From the NCBI RefSeq assembly GCF_964188315.1, contig NC_135666.1, positions 25,544,001-25,608,000 on the forward strand: DNA of 64,000 bases, given 5' to 3'. The notes under the pieces are model-generated. The model did no database searches. It saw only the letters and a program-made list of their open reading frames with translations, and had not been told where the DNA came from. The stretch's first letter is position 1. Each line of letters begins with the position of its first letter. Made by a program: the position numbers and the translations under genes. This document shows positions 35,547 through 47,872 of this stretch, one piece after another. Source of the stretch: Podarcis muralis. Lineage: Eukaryota.

Positions 35547-38140
35547 CTTGGAAGGGAACATTGCGAAGCAGTAGTAACCAGCACTGCACAGAATGAAAAC
35601 TTCATGCTTATTCATAGTAAGCAGGAAGATTTAATCCTGTGTGGTGTTGCTTCAGGGAGTCGGAAGGAGGAGAAATTGAGCACACCCACCCACCCCTACC
35701 TTCTCCTTTGAAGGCCCAGTAGTCCTTTCTTTTAGTCACCCCTTCCCTCCCTACCTGATGCCCCACCCTCTGACAGGCCCGAATTGCTCTGGGCTGCCCA
35801 GCCAATGCCCAGATCCCTCTCGATTTGGCTTGGGAATCAGCCTAAACAAGTACATAGCCCAAGTATACAGGCTGAAGTTCACTAGTTGGTTGGAGGTCTC
35901 AGTTAATTGGGCTACCCAGGATTCAGATTTGTCTGATTTTTGCTTTTTTTTAGTTTGGGTGTTTTTCATTCTGGGTTTTATTGTGTTATCCTGGCACCTT
36001 TTTAATGTTGCAGTGATGAGGGGCAAAGAGAATGTAACAAAGCATGAGCTATTGAGAAGTGATATTCTACATATGGCTCGACATGTTGGCTTAGCTCCGT
36101 ACCAGAGATCTGTTTATAATTAAGTGCAAGTATTTACAGTTATCTCCAGTGGAGCTGAATGGATTGAATATCATTCATGCTTTGAATGGAGAGAAAACCT
36201 CTGCCTTAGATGTGACTCTCTCATATTTCATCCCTTCATGATTGGTGGTGCCATTCCAACCGATGTTGTGTCTGTAATTCTATCAATTTCACTGCTGCTG
36301 CTGCTGCTTTTGCAATTATCTCAATTGAGCCAGAAATATTGTTGCACTAATACTGCTGTCACAGCATACAAGCCCTACATTTAAGCAAAAATCACACTGC
36401 TCAATATTTGGCTTCAAACCTCCTTCCATCAGTTCAAGCCAAGTCAGCAGTGAGAGATTGTCACAAGAAAGGCACATTTTTGCAATGGGTTACATTAGCA
36501 GAAACATTATGTGCAAAAGACACAAGGTAATATTGCTGCTCCAGTTTGCACAGATTGGGGCTCAGAAGGAGCTCTACGCACTCTTTCAATTATTCCATTT
36601 TATAAAATTTCAAAATCCACAGTAAGGCCTTTATCCGAATCAACCAAAGTGGGGGGGGGGGAGGGGGGAGGAGCTTGTTGGTCCTCCAGGTGTGTATAAT
36701 GAAAAAGCATCTGGGATCAGGGGCGTTTAGGGGTGTAGTATAATTTTGTTCACTCCACATTCTTAAGCAAACCAACTGAATTTGCACTGCCTGGGTATAG
36801 TTCTCCAAGTTTTGTGATGCTATTCTCAAATTTTAAAAGTACCAAAATGCATTTTTGATTGAAATGCACACATTGATCTTAAATATGCATTTAGATGTTT
36901 GTTTTGTGATGCAATACATATTTAAATACAGATTCTGATATGGAATAATAAAATGCAAATTTTCACAGTTGTTTTTTTTAAAAAAAAAGCTTCAAATTAA
37001 AGCAGAAATGGGGCACGAAACCCATGGCACTGAGATCAAGTCTCATGCTCTATTGACTGAACGATTAGGTATTTGCATACAAATGTAAGTGCTTCTTTTT
37101 TTAACATCCCAACGACTTTAATGGAATCTAGGACTATTAGTCCTTGTGGCCTGAAGACAAAGACACAGCTCCACCTACTGTTTTTTTCAAAAACAACCTG
37201 TGACATGATAAGATGTATGTTGCTTTTACTTACATTTTATTTATTCTTTTCTCATCGACGGGCAATCACTGAACCCTTCGGTTTGTGCACTTTATTTCTC
37301 AAGGCAACTACTACTTCTCGACTCCCTTAAATCTGCCACTAGGAGTTTTTGCCTGGTCTGCACACTTTCCTTACCAACTCCTGCTATTTCTGTCCCTTGC
37401 CCTCTGGGGCAAAGCTCCCCACCAGTTACCCCCCCCCCTCTACTTCAGACTGCTCCCCCTTTTGTCCCTCTTTCTTCCACCCTCCCTCTGTCTTTTTGTA
37501 AACCGCAATGAGGTTTTGTTACAAGCAAGTGGCATATAAATGTGAAATAAATATATCCATCCAATCTCCTGCTTTCCTTATCTCTCCTCTACTTTTCTGG
37601 CTCCCCTCTTGCCAAAGCTATTGCTTCTCTCTGCTTTCTCTCCCTCTCGGTTTGGGACTGTCCTGGAAAGTGCAGCCAGCTGTGCTCTTTCTTTATGCAG
37701 CTGGGGCATTTTTTGCCTCTTATCAAATAATCAGTCCTGTTGGTAGCATTGGAGCCACCTCCTGACATATCCACCCCCACTTTCACACATTACATTGAAT
37801 ATAATGAGGGAAGAGTTTAAAGGAAATTTTGCTTCAATCTTCTCGCGTTCGGGGAATAGTATGAATAGTTTGTGTATGGAGTCTGGAAGCAATGGCAGCG
37901 TGTGAGATTCTGCTGTCCACATATTGAACATATTGTGTGGAAAGGGCTTAGTTTAACAAAACAAAAACAAAAAAAGCTGTGCAAAGCATTAAAACGATGC
38001 AATTCAGCTCCCAAAAGCCCATGGTTGACAGTAAGCATCAAGACAGGAATAGGAAAAGTGATATGATCAAAAAATACAGAACATCATTTAAAATACTGCT
38101 ATGAAACATGCAGTATATGACAGATCTCTCTTTTTAACAG

Positions 38141-38349
38141 GCCCTCAGCAAGGCTGCGGTGGTTACCTGACAAATTCAAGTGACAGCTTTGGCTCGCCAG
38201 ACTCTGACATGGATGGCAAATATGACAAAGATCTTGAATGTGTTTGGGTTATAGCTGCCCCCATAAACAAGCTGATCAATCTCACCTTTAACACTTTTCA
38301 ACTGGAAGCAGAATCGTCTGTTCAAAACTGCCGCTATGACTATGTCCAA
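38141..38349 (+). CDS. CUBN: CUBN exon (~ex60), CUB24 N-half, 209 nt
   Basis: taacag|[37 protein letters not shown]...CRYDYVQ|gtaaga. Confidence 0.96.
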
Positions 38350-39045
38350 GTAAGATCAGTGTGTGCTAATCAAGAATTGCAAGGCACTCTCTTTGCTGTG
38401 TTTTGACCATAGGCTAGAAAATAACTTTTGTTCCCTTATTTCTTTTCATTCAAAGTCTACCTTACAGCAAGGGTAAAGGAAATATAATAAATAGTTTTAT
38501 ATGAGTCTAAACAGACATGTCCTGAAGGTTTGCAAAGAAAAAGAAAAGCAAAGGTTAATTCATGTTCAGTAAGATAGTGACCATGTATCTAAATGTTTAG
38601 TTGAAAATGACTTCCTTCTTTACATGAAATCAGAATGAGAAATTGATTCCATTTGGACTTGCATATCTTGGTTTCTTAAGATATGAGTCTTTGTCTGACT
38701 GCTTGATTCTCGTTCTGCTCCATTTCTCCTCCCATCTTGTCATGCTATGATTGAAGGCTTCCTGGGCTACATAACCATAATTTCTCATTATGTCCAAACT
38801 GTGCAATAATGGTTACAAGGAATAGCCTCCTAAACAAACACAAAACTCTGGGCTCCAATCCTGCTTTGTGCCAAACCTTATATCCATGGTTCCCTGCCTT
38901 GGCTGTAACAGGAAACTATGGTTAGTTAACTGAATGATTATTCAATTGCAGTGCACCAAAAAGAGAAGAGGGAAGGGGTGATGCAAGGACAGAGCATCTG
39001 GATAAAAGGTTGCACCTTAACCTGACCATTATTTTGATTTGAATT

Positions 39046-39197
39046 AACAACAACAACAATTCATAGAACCCTAGAATTGTGGACTACGATCATCTAGTTC
39101 AACACCCTGTGATGCAGGAATATGCAGCTGCCCTATATGTAGATTGAACCTGTGACCTTTGTGTTATCAGCACCGCACTCTAACCAGCTGAGCTATC
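39046..39197 (-). mobile_element. tRNA-derived SINE with CR1-like tail (Squam3/ACASINE2-like)
   Basis: Reverse-strand head gatagctcagctggttagagtgcggtgctgataacacaaaggtcacaggttcaatc; tail atcatagaaccctagaa plus (AAC)n. Confidence 0.7.
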
Positions 39198-39351
39198 AAT
39201 TGTAGTAGTTCTTGCATTTGTAAGACACCCTATGAGACATCAGTCACCAAACTGAACACTTGAGCTCCTTCCACCAATCATTCCCATAGCTTTTAACTGT
39301 TCACACACATATCATGCCATAGAGAAGTTATGTTTCTGTTTTGTCTTTTAG

Positions 39352-39514
39352 CTCTTCGATGGTAGTAATGAAAATGCTACAGTTGTTGGCAAGTTTTGTG
39401 GCTCCGGAGTTCCAGCTCCTTTTCTTTCTACTAACAACTTCTTGACCATTAAGTTTGTCACTGACATGTACATAGAAAGAGCAGGTTTCAATGTTACCTA
39501 CACTACTGTGGACA
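39352..39514 (+). CDS. CUBN: CUBN exon (~ex61), CUB24 C-half, 163 nt
   Basis: ttttag|LFDGSNENATVVGKFCGSGVPAPFLS...FVTD...AGFNVTYTTVD A|gtgagt. Confidence 0.95.
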
Positions 39515-40365
39515 GTGAGTATAATTTTCATTTTCTTCCCAGAACATCCCGTGAAATAAGCCATTCTTTTGTCTTGCACAACTCCAGGGAGGATTTCAAA
39601 ACTTTAAAAATCAGCAATTATATAGCTCAGTGTTATCAAATTAGGAAACTAATTATAGAGAGAATCCAGCTTCCTGGAGAAGATAAGACTTGATGGAAGA
39701 GATGGTGACTGAAATGTATCTGTCTGGGTGGAGAGGATTTGGGGAGATCAGAGGGGTTAGAAGGTGGGGCTTGGTTAGGACTGTTTGACCACTGATTTAG
39801 AAAACATGAACTTGCACATTGCTTCAAGTATTTTAAATAGAAAACTCCAATGTCATAGAAATATAATATTTAAAAACCCATCGTGATATAATTGATCTAT
39901 TTTGAATCTGCACATTTTGTCTCTTGGCATTGAACATTTGTACCTCAATGTCTTGTTGCTTTCAAATAAATATCTCTTTAGGTCAACAGCTTATGATTCT
40001 GAGTTGAAGTACACAAAAAGATCTTTGCTGGATCAGTGCAATGCCCCATCTAGTCCAGCATCCTTGTTCTGTGTTTATTCATTTAACTAAATTCATATGC
40101 CATTTTATTGCAAAATAAACCCCTAAGCAGTTCCCACAGGGGCCAGACAGATTCCTATTGGAAACTTGCAAGCAGGACTGGAGTGCAACACCACCCTCCC
40201 CTTGTGAGAATTGAAGCTACTGATATTCAGAGGCATCCTGCCTTGGATGCTGGAAGTTATACATAACCACCATTCCTAGTAGCTACTGATAGCCTTGTTC
40301 CTCCATGAAAGAGTGCTTATAACCCAGCAAGCTTGTCTAATCTCAGTTGCTGTTGTTTTTAACAG

Positions 40366-40574
40366 GACTGTGTGGAGGTGTGTTTAATGCAACTTCAACC
40401 AGCCAAACAGCGACATCGCCCTACTTTCCAGAAGCATATCCTCCCTTTACGTACTGCAGATGGGTTATTGATGCTCCTCCTGAGCAACATGTGAAAATAG
40501 TGGTGCAAGAATTCCACCTCCAGTCCAGCCAGGACTGCTCTCAGAATTATCTAGAGTTCCAAGACTCACCATTG
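40366..40574 (+). CDS. CUBN: CUBN exon (~ex62), CUB25 N-half, 209 nt
   Basis: taacag|GA LCGGVFNATSTSQTATSP...CRWVIDAPP...QNYLEFQDSPL|gtaagt. Confidence 0.95.
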
Positions 40575-41330
40575 GTAAGTCAGCCAGGCCTGCTGCTTGG
40601 ATCTCTGTGTGCTAAGGGTGAAGGTGGGGATCCCCAGCCTGGGTGTCAAAGGTCCATGAGATTTCCCTGCTTTCAATTCCCCTTGCCCAAATCTCTGCAT
40701 TGTCTGATACTGAAGGCCAAACAAGACCCAATGCTAATTGCACGAATGGAACTTATGTGCATATAATTTTTTTGGCTATGTTAATAGTAACCCTGGTACC
40801 ACCTCAGAAATTGGGTCGGGGGGGGGGGGGGACTTTAAGCTCTTTCTTTCCTTGCCTTCATTGAAATGCAAGTAGTAGCTTTGGAAAGTTGATGTTGTTA
40901 GGACCAATGCAGGGACATAAAACAAGAAGTGCTCTCTCCCTACCATCCACTGCCCTTAAGCAGCTATCACAGCTACTATCTGCATAATAAAACAAAAAAC
41001 AAAAACCTATGGGTGTGAATTGCATTCATGCAATTAATGCCATGTGGTCTCTATTGAAGTCTGAGGGTTGAGAGATTGAAATCCTGGTGTCGGGCACCCC
41101 CCCCCCCCAGGTAAGACTGTTTTTTGAAAGGGTAAAGGAAATGTAAGCTTTATTATTCATGACAAACAAAGCCATTCCAAGTATAGGTTTTACATGCAGC
41201 CAAGATGAAGCCAATAAGTTAGCACTAGCACATTCTAACTCATTCCAATACAGGCTGAACCTGGAGAAGCAGCAGTAAGTAAGGAAAGCCTGAAAGGAAG
41301 CGGTTGCTTTACCAATGAGTAGTTACTAAG

Positions 41331-42113
41331 AGCCGGAATTAAGATTGCCAGAAGAAATATCAACAACCTCAGATATGCAGATGACACAACCTTGATGGCA
41401 GAAAGTGAGGAGGAAAGAGGAGAGCACAAAATATGGTCTGAAGCTCAACATAAAAAAAACAAAGATCAGGGCCACTGGGTCCATCACCTCCTGGCAAATA
41501 GAAGGGGAAGAAATGGAGGCAGTGAGAGAGTTTACTTTCTTGGGCTCCATGATCACTGCAGATGGTGACAGCAGCCACGAAATTAAAAGACGCCTGCTTC
41601 TTGGGAGAAAAGCAATGACAAACCTAGACAGCGTTTTAAAAAGCAGAGACATCACCTTGTCAACAAAGGTCCATATAGTAAAAGCTATGGTTTTCCCAGT
41701 AGTGATGTATGGAAGTGAGAGCTGGACCATAAAGAAGGCTGATCACCGAAGAATTGATGCTTTTGATTTATGGTGCTGGAGGAGACTCTTGAGAGTCCCA
41801 TGGACTGCAAGAAGATCAAACCTATCCATTCTGAAGGAAATCAGCCCTGAGTGCTCACTGGAAGGACAGATCCTGAAGCTGAGGCTCCAATACTTTGGCC
41901 ACCTCATGAGAAGAGAAGACTCCTTGGAAAAGACCCTGATGTTGGGAAAGATGGAGGGCACAAGCAGAAGGGGATGACAGAGGATGAGATGGTTGGACAG
42001 TGCTACTAACTGTCGAAGCTACTAACATGAGTTTGACCAAACTGCGGGAGGCAGTGGAAGATGGCGTGCTCTGGTCCATGGGGTCACGAAGAGATGGACA
42101 TGACTAAACAACA
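41331..42113 (+). mobile_element. RTE-BovB LINE, 5'-truncated (RT C-terminal part plus 3' UTR), frameshifted
   Basis: NINNLRYADDTTLMAESEEE, then in another frame KEESTKYGLKLNIKKTK...YFGHLMRREDSLEKTLMLGK; BovB-type 3' end gacatgactaaacaac. Confidence 0.93.
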
Positions 42114-42350
42114 AAGAGAGAAGGAATCAGTGAGGAGGAGCGGGTTGCCTTTAATGCCAAGAATGTCACAAGCACTGGCAACCAGATGCCTGTGTTCACA
42201 TGGTACTATATCTTGCAATAGCAGTGCAAAATGTCACAAGCCACAATATGTCACAATCTGTTAGGAAAGTCTCCTTCATTTCCATATGCTCTTTTTTTCC
42301 TTGTTCCCCCCACCCCACCAAGCTTTGACTTCTTGCTTATTACATTTCAG

Positions 42351-42507
42351 GGCAATCCAGAACATGCTGATCATGTCCACCGATTCTGCGGCTCCGAAAA
42401 TCTTGCAATTCCTGTGTTTTATTCTTATGGGCGGACTGCTGTTGTAATTTTCAGATCAGAAGCCTATGTGGTTAATAATGGACTTAGCTTCTCTTACCTG
42501 ACTTCAG
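42351..42507 (+). CDS. CUBN: CUBN exon (~ex63), CUB25 C-half, 157 nt
   Basis: tttcag|GNPEHADHVHRFCGSENLAIPVFYSYGRTAVVIFRSE...SFSYLTS G|gtaaag. Confidence 0.92.
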
Positions 42508-42638
42508 GTAAAGCTTTCACCCTGCTTTTTATAGGCACCAAAAATTATTAGTGTGGGGAGTGAAAATCTAAAGGTGTGAAGATATTGTAAAATGTAGAAG
42601 TGATATATATTTATATTTATATATTTGTCTCCTGCTAG

Positions 42639-42814
42639 GCTGCAACAGAGAATACAACCAATCATTTGGCTATCTGAAAAGCCCGGGCTGGCCTGATCCT
42701 TACCCTCACAACTTGGATTGTACTATTATTCTGCGGTCCCCACTAAATCACACCATCTCGCTCTTTTTCAATTCCTTTAACCTACAACACAGTGGATGCC
42801 GTGATTTCTTAGAG
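42639..42814 (+). CDS. CUBN: CUBN exon (~ex64), CUB26 N-half, 176 nt (absent from the ORF track)
   Basis: gctag|[33 protein letters not shown]...ISLFFNSF...CRDFLE|gtatga. Confidence 0.94.
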
Positions 42815-43271
42815 GTATGACAGTTATCTGCTTCACATGGTCTGCTTCACGGGGCCCCTTTCCTTAAACCAGGAACCTGATCCAGATTACCTCCTATGTC
42901 TGCAATTTCCTTTTCAAATAGCAGCTAGTCTAATCCTAGGTTAGACGATAGACCAGAATGGGTCACATGACACCTCCTAACCCCCGGAAAAAATTCCAAG
43001 AGGACTCTGCTACTATATTCCATGTGACAAGTCTGCCTCTGTTGCCATGTGCTGGGACTGACTCAGTTACCATGCTGATTATAAGGTCAGCTTTGTGACA
43101 AAGCACTTGTAGGAATCGCCCTTTTCTTAAAATAAAAGAAAAGATTGAAGATACCTGCTAGTGTCATGACAGAGACTGTTTCCATCAAGTTACCTGTATC
43201 AGTTGCAAAGATTTTAGTTATTCATCACTGATAACATTTCATTAACAATGGCTTTGTATATTCTTCTAAAG

Positions 43272-43437
43272 GTCAGAAATGGTAGTGATGCAAACTCTCC
43301 ACTGCTTGGCAAGTACTGTGGAAACACCCTACCCAATCCTGTATTTGCCAGAAATCATGCTGTGTATCTCCGTTTCAAAAGTGACATCCTAGCTTCCAGT
43401 GAAGGATATGAAATCACTTGGACTTCATCACCGACTG
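43272..43437 (+). CDS. CUBN: CUBN exon (~ex65), CUB26 C-half, 166 nt
   Basis: ctaaag|[25 protein letters not shown]...FKSD...[12 protein letters not shown]|gtacta. Confidence 0.95.
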
Positions 43438-43769
43438 GTACTAGCAATGGTTTTCATTCTATATTTGTTTGTTTGTTTCCACTTATAACCTGCTATTTGG
43501 ACTTTCAAGGCTCTCAGGGTATCTTACAAATTATTTTTTAAAACGTTAAGACTTAATTTAAACTACATTGAAGAGATTATAATGATGCCCACTGGGTAGA
43601 CTATTAAACATGGATTTCCAGTCATCTAGAACTGTGTCAGATTCACCTTCTAAATAAATATGTGCTGAAATAAGAAACCTTTGACCATTCCTGAATGGAA
43701 GGACTGGATTTGTTTAGGAGCCTTTGCTGCAGAAATAGTTTCAAGGAAAGGGAACCACTCACTCCTCCT

Positions 43770-44176
43770 TATCATCATCATCATCAAACCTTTTATTGGC
43801 ATCACATACAAACATCCAAAACAAATCAATACAGAATTACCACTTCCCCAGTGGCACAAAACATTTGCTAAAAGAAAGGAGGCAGAGCAGTCTATTGTCA
43901 CATCTTTAGGTCTCCAGGGAGATCAGACGTTTGCAGTGTATTTTGACAACAAAAAACCAAATAGAGATATTTAGCCACTAACTTGGTGAGCTCCTGATCA
44001 CTTCCCAGTAATAGAAAATGTATGACCTCCAACTCTGGTTTCCATTTGGGGATACAGAGTTGATCTAGAAATTGCTGGCGGAGAGCAGCATATAGTTTAC
44101 AATTATCCTTTTCCCCACAAATCCAACTTGTATCAGTGAGAAATCTCGGAATAGGGCCTCTTCTGTTGATGTATGG
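43770..44176 (-). mobile_element. LINE 3' end (RTE-X-like) with a (GAT)n tail
   Basis: Minus-strand peptide CKLYAALRQQFLDQL...IHFLLLGSDQELTKLVAKYL resembles the CxxYxxLR C-terminal motif of non-LTR ORF2; tail catcatcatcaaaccttttattgg. Confidence 0.55.
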
Positions 44177-44313
44177 AAGGGATGGGGAAAGTTTGGTCTT
44201 CAAGGTGTTGGCGTACAACTCCCACCAACCCTGACTATTGGCCATTTTGGCTGGGACTGATGGGAGTTGGAGTCCAGCGACACCTGGAGAACCACAGATG
44301 TTCCCCATCCCTG
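44177..44313. mobile_element. hAT-type MITE (cagggatggggaa family)
   Basis: TIR aagggatggggaa / ttccccatccctg; family copies at ~4625-4730, 60328-60460 (degenerate TSD gcttagca/gctgagcc) and ~61390-61504. Confidence 0.75.
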
Positions 44314-44594
44314 CCATACATCAGCAGAAGAGGCCTCATCCAATCATGGCTAAACTGCTCGCTGGGATCCACTTCTCCTTCCTCGGTGTCCTGCCAGTTG
44401 AAGGTTTAAAACCATCACTTTGAATTGTGCTTGCAAACAAATTTAGAGCCAGAGCAGCTCTTTTAACAATCCCATTATATGCTCCTTTCAACCAACTCCT
44501 GAGATTAAAAAATGATAATGCTTTGAACTAGTTGAAATTGCCAGATCACCTTCAACGGTGAATCAGTGTACAGTGTAGTAGTAATGATAATGAG

Positions 44595-44850
44595 GGAACC
44601 ACCAGAAGGCCCTTGGTGCTAGACTGCAGTGTCCAGGCAGTGTCCAGGCAGAATGATGGGAGTGGAGACACTCCTTCAGGTATACTGGGCTGAAGCCATT
44701 TAGGGCTTTAAAGGGCAGCACCAACTCTTTGAATTGTACCCAAAAACATCCTGGGAGCCAATGTAGGTCTTTCAGGGCTGGTGTTATGTGGTCTTGGCGG
44801 CCACTCTCAGTCACCAGTCTAGCTGCTGCATTCTGGATTACAGCAACCCA
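44595..44850 (-). mobile_element. L2 LINE ORF2 C-terminal fragment
   Basis: Peptide IQNAAARLVT...DHITPALKDLHWLP...FKALNGFSPVYLKE. Confidence 0.85.
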
Positions 44851-45243
44851 ATGTTCCATACATTACAATGGTCAGGTGAGCCTCCTTCTCCAAAAGGTTT
44901 GTAACTGCCCAACAAGCCTAAGCTGAAAAAATGTGCTCCTGGCCATGGCTGCTGCCTGGGAATTCACGAGCAATGACAAGACATACTGTAACCTAAAAAT
45001 TGGTATGTCATGTTTTGTTTTGCAATTGTATTCCTATAAATCCAGGCTGGTTGGGATTTCAGGAAAAAAGCAACCCTCATGCAATCTTCCTCATCCAGTT
45101 TAAGCCCAATGAAGTTAGTTTAAGAAATGCCATACTGTGATGCAGCATAACCATTGATACTTCCTCCATTATGTCTATTGCTGAGAATGTTGTTGAGAAT
45201 GCACAGTACAACAAAACATTTAGCACTAACTTTCTGTTTATAG

Positions 45244-45479
45244 GATGTGGTGGTACGTTATATGGTGAGACTGGTTCATTTGCCAGCCCTGGGTACCCAG
45301 CTTCTTATCAGAATCAGACAGACTGCGAGTGGACAATTAAAGCCCCCCAAGGAAGGGCTGTTACCGTCAATTTTGCTTTCATCAGCATTGATGATCCTGG
45401 TGACTGTAGTAGCAACTATCTGAAACTCTATAATGGACCGGACAGTAGCCATGCATCTATGGGACCATATTGTGGAATG
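45244..45479 (+). CDS. CUBN: CUBN exon (~ex66), CUB27 N-part, 236 nt
   Basis: ttatag|GA CGGTLYGETGSFASPGYP...FISIDDPGDCSSNYLKLYNGP...GPYCGM|gtatgt. Confidence 0.96.
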
Positions 45480-47046
45480 GTATGTTTAAATTTTGTCCTA
45501 TGCGATGTTTGCCAGTGTGAGCTCCAGCTCTGTTGTGGGTTGTGTAACATACATGGTCATTCCAACAGAGAGACTGTAGTGACATCTAGTGGAGTTTGTG
45601 CTAAAGTGTTCCTTTTATTTTAGTTTCTTCCTCTGAGCGTTTCCAAAATAAGATCTAATATCTCGGTTCACAAACTCTCACCCCTTCCATGTTGCAATGC
45701 AGAGAAAGCAGTGCTGGATGAAATTATGAGATTCCTCACCTGAAGGCAGCTCAGTTATACACAGCCTTGTGAAAACTAAATTGGACTATAGCATACTCTG
45801 TGTTGGGTTGCCTTTGAAGACAGTTGAGTCATATTACAGTTGGTACAAAACACAGCTGTTGTGGGGAACACATCTTGTCACTTTTAAATGAACCCCTCTG
45901 GCTGTCAATTTGTTTCTAGGAAGAATTCAGAGTGTTTATTCAGTTTATTCAAAATTATAACCTTTAAACGCCCTACATGGCTTGGGACCTGAGTACTAGG
46001 AAGGGTTGGCTACTCGCACGCAAGCCTGGCTGACGTTTAAGATCTTCATCCACAGGCTGCTCAGAATACTCTGCCACCACCAGAAGCAATGGAAATGCAC
46101 CCTGCTCTGTCTGTTCACACGATACCTTTAAATCATATTTAAAGTGTGTGCGCGCACACACATACAATCCTGGGAACTGTAGTTGCTCCCTCACTGAACT
46201 ACACTTCCCACCACTCTAAGCAAGCTACAGTTCTTAGGATTCTTGGGTGGGGAAAATGTGCTTTAAAGGCACGGGTGTGTACACAGCCCCTGTAAGCAAT
46301 GCTTGACACAACCTAAGATATGTTTTGTCAAACACCCACACCTCATTCTGCTTCATTAGTTGTTTTGTCATGCTTTTCCAATGCTGTTACACTGTTGCCA
46401 TCTGGGGCCAGGGCACTCTTGCATTATAGTGCAACAAAAGCAAGACAAAAAAACTAAATTAGAACATTTGCAGTATAAAAAGTTACAGGGACGTTTCCGC
46501 AGGAAGTCTAGGGATCTGCATTGATTGGAAAGTAAGCAGAATATCTACCCCAAAACTTTTGCAGCTGCAAGCAATATTGAAAGCAGCATCATGTATAATC
46601 GCCCCAATATCATCACAAATTCACAATAAAAAGGATGTCTGGAGGGCCCTTAAACCAGGGTTGGTTCCAGACAACTTGTTTGTTGAACATTCATCCTAAT
46701 CTGTTTCCACGAAGCTTGTGAGGTGGTTAGACAATGTCAGCTATTTATTCATTCTGATTTGTTTGGGGGAAGTTATATTAGGTTCCATAAAGCAATTGTT
46801 ATCCCACACTTCCAAGCACGTTTCCTCATCACTTTCCTTATTGCAAAAAGTCAACTTTAGCAGGGGAGGAATTCCAAATAAACTTTTAATTGCACAATCT
46901 GAATTTGCTGGTATGTGATTTAATCCTCTGTCAAAATAAAGACAGCCTGGAACCATCCTGTGTAGCATTCTTATAGGAATGTGCTTTCTGTGAAAAGGTT
47001 CTGTAATCAGTATTATTATTATTATTTTCCCCCCTTTTCTTCTCAG

Positions 47047-47154
47047 GACACCAACATTGCTCCATTTACAGCTGCATCACATGAAGTGTTTATAAAATTC
47101 CATTCAGAGTATGTAACTCTACCGTCAGGATTTAGGCTAACTTGGAGCAGCTGA
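47047..47154 (+). CDS. CUBN: CUBN last coding exon (~ex67), end of CUB27 plus stop codon, 108 nt
   Basis: tctcag|DTNIAPFTAASHEVFIKFHSEYVTLPSGFRLTWSS*; TGA at 47152-47154. Confidence 0.95.
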   Translation, partial: DTNIAPFTAASHEVFIKFHSEYVTLPSGFRLTWSS

Positions 47155-47241
47155 AATAATGCTTCTGTGGAAAAAATACATTTATTCAGCACTTCTCTGT
47201 ATTGAAGAGACTTCAAAGAATATAACTGTCTCCATAAATAC

Positions 47242-47247
47242 AATAAA
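47242..47247 (+). terminator. CUBN: Likely CUBN polyadenylation signal AATAAA
   Basis: AATAAA 88 nt after the stop codon, followed by a GT/T-rich tract (gttgttatgtattttt, ~47266-47281). Confidence 0.65.
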
Positions 47248-47326
47248 ATTATTTTGGTCAATGCAGTTGTTATGTATTTTTAAAATTCAAATGATTTTGA
47301 GCTCTTTGTGATTGCTTGTAAGAATA

Positions 47327-47567
47327 CAGTGGTACCTCTAGTTATGAACTTAATTCGTTCCGGAGGTCCGTTCTCAACCTGAAACTGTTCTTAACTAGAG
47401 GTGTGCTTTCGCTAATGGGAACTCTTGCTGCTGCTGCTCTGCCGGCACATGATTTCTCTTCTCATCCTGGGGCAAAGTTCTCAACTCAAGGTAACTCTTC
47501 CAGGTTAGCGGAGTTTGTAACCTGAAGCGTTTGTAACCTGAGGTGTTTGTAACTCGTGGTACCACTG
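47327..47567 (+). mobile_element. Tc1/mariner-type MITE, copy 3, just downstream of the CUBN poly(A) signal
   Basis: TIR cagtggtacctc / gtggtaccactg; TA TSDs. Confidence 0.88.
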
Positions 47568-47872
47568 TACCTGTTTGCTATTGGGCACAAAACACTGAAA
47601 ATGACTCCAAATGAGAGCTGAGTGCCCCTAAGCAAACTATTCTCCAAAATCACTCTTCTATATAGACAATGGTAAGACTGGAGCATTGGTGGAGCTATTG
47701 GTGGAGCGGGAGACGTCAACTAGCGTTCCTGCTGGATACAGAAAATCATGCTCAGTTCTAAGATACATGAATTTGTCTAAAATTCATATCACTCATTTGG
47801 GACATTTACACACTTTGCAGAATAAGAATGGTTGATTATATCTATAACCACAGTATTTCAGATCAAATACAA

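Larger units (their letters stand above)
1612..47154 (+). other. CUBN: Cubilin gene, 3' portion (31 coding exons, approx. human exons 37-67; CUB12 C-half to CUB27). The 5' part lies upstream of the window.
   Basis: All 31 exons have AG/GT boundaries with compatible phases and sum to 5533 nt, giving one open frame that ends in TGA. Peptides match cubilin CUB repeats and the cubilin C-terminus (FIKFHSEY...FRLTWSS*). Confidence 0.97.

Noticed and set aside
39130-39197. tRNA gene (also at ~21750-21817 and in the Sauria SINE heads)
   Set aside because: These are SINE heads with A/B boxes fused to LINE-derived tails. There is no complete cloverleaf or acceptor stem.
41405-41977. 190-aa ORF as a host gene or domesticated RT
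   Set aside because: It is a 5'-truncated BovB fragment, out of frame with its YADD motif and followed by the BovB 3' UTR.
1612-47154. CUBN as a pseudogene or as several small CUB genes, because ORF-track entries end in stops
   Set aside because: The stops are intronic. Splicing at GT-AG sites gives one continuous frame to the genuine C-terminus.
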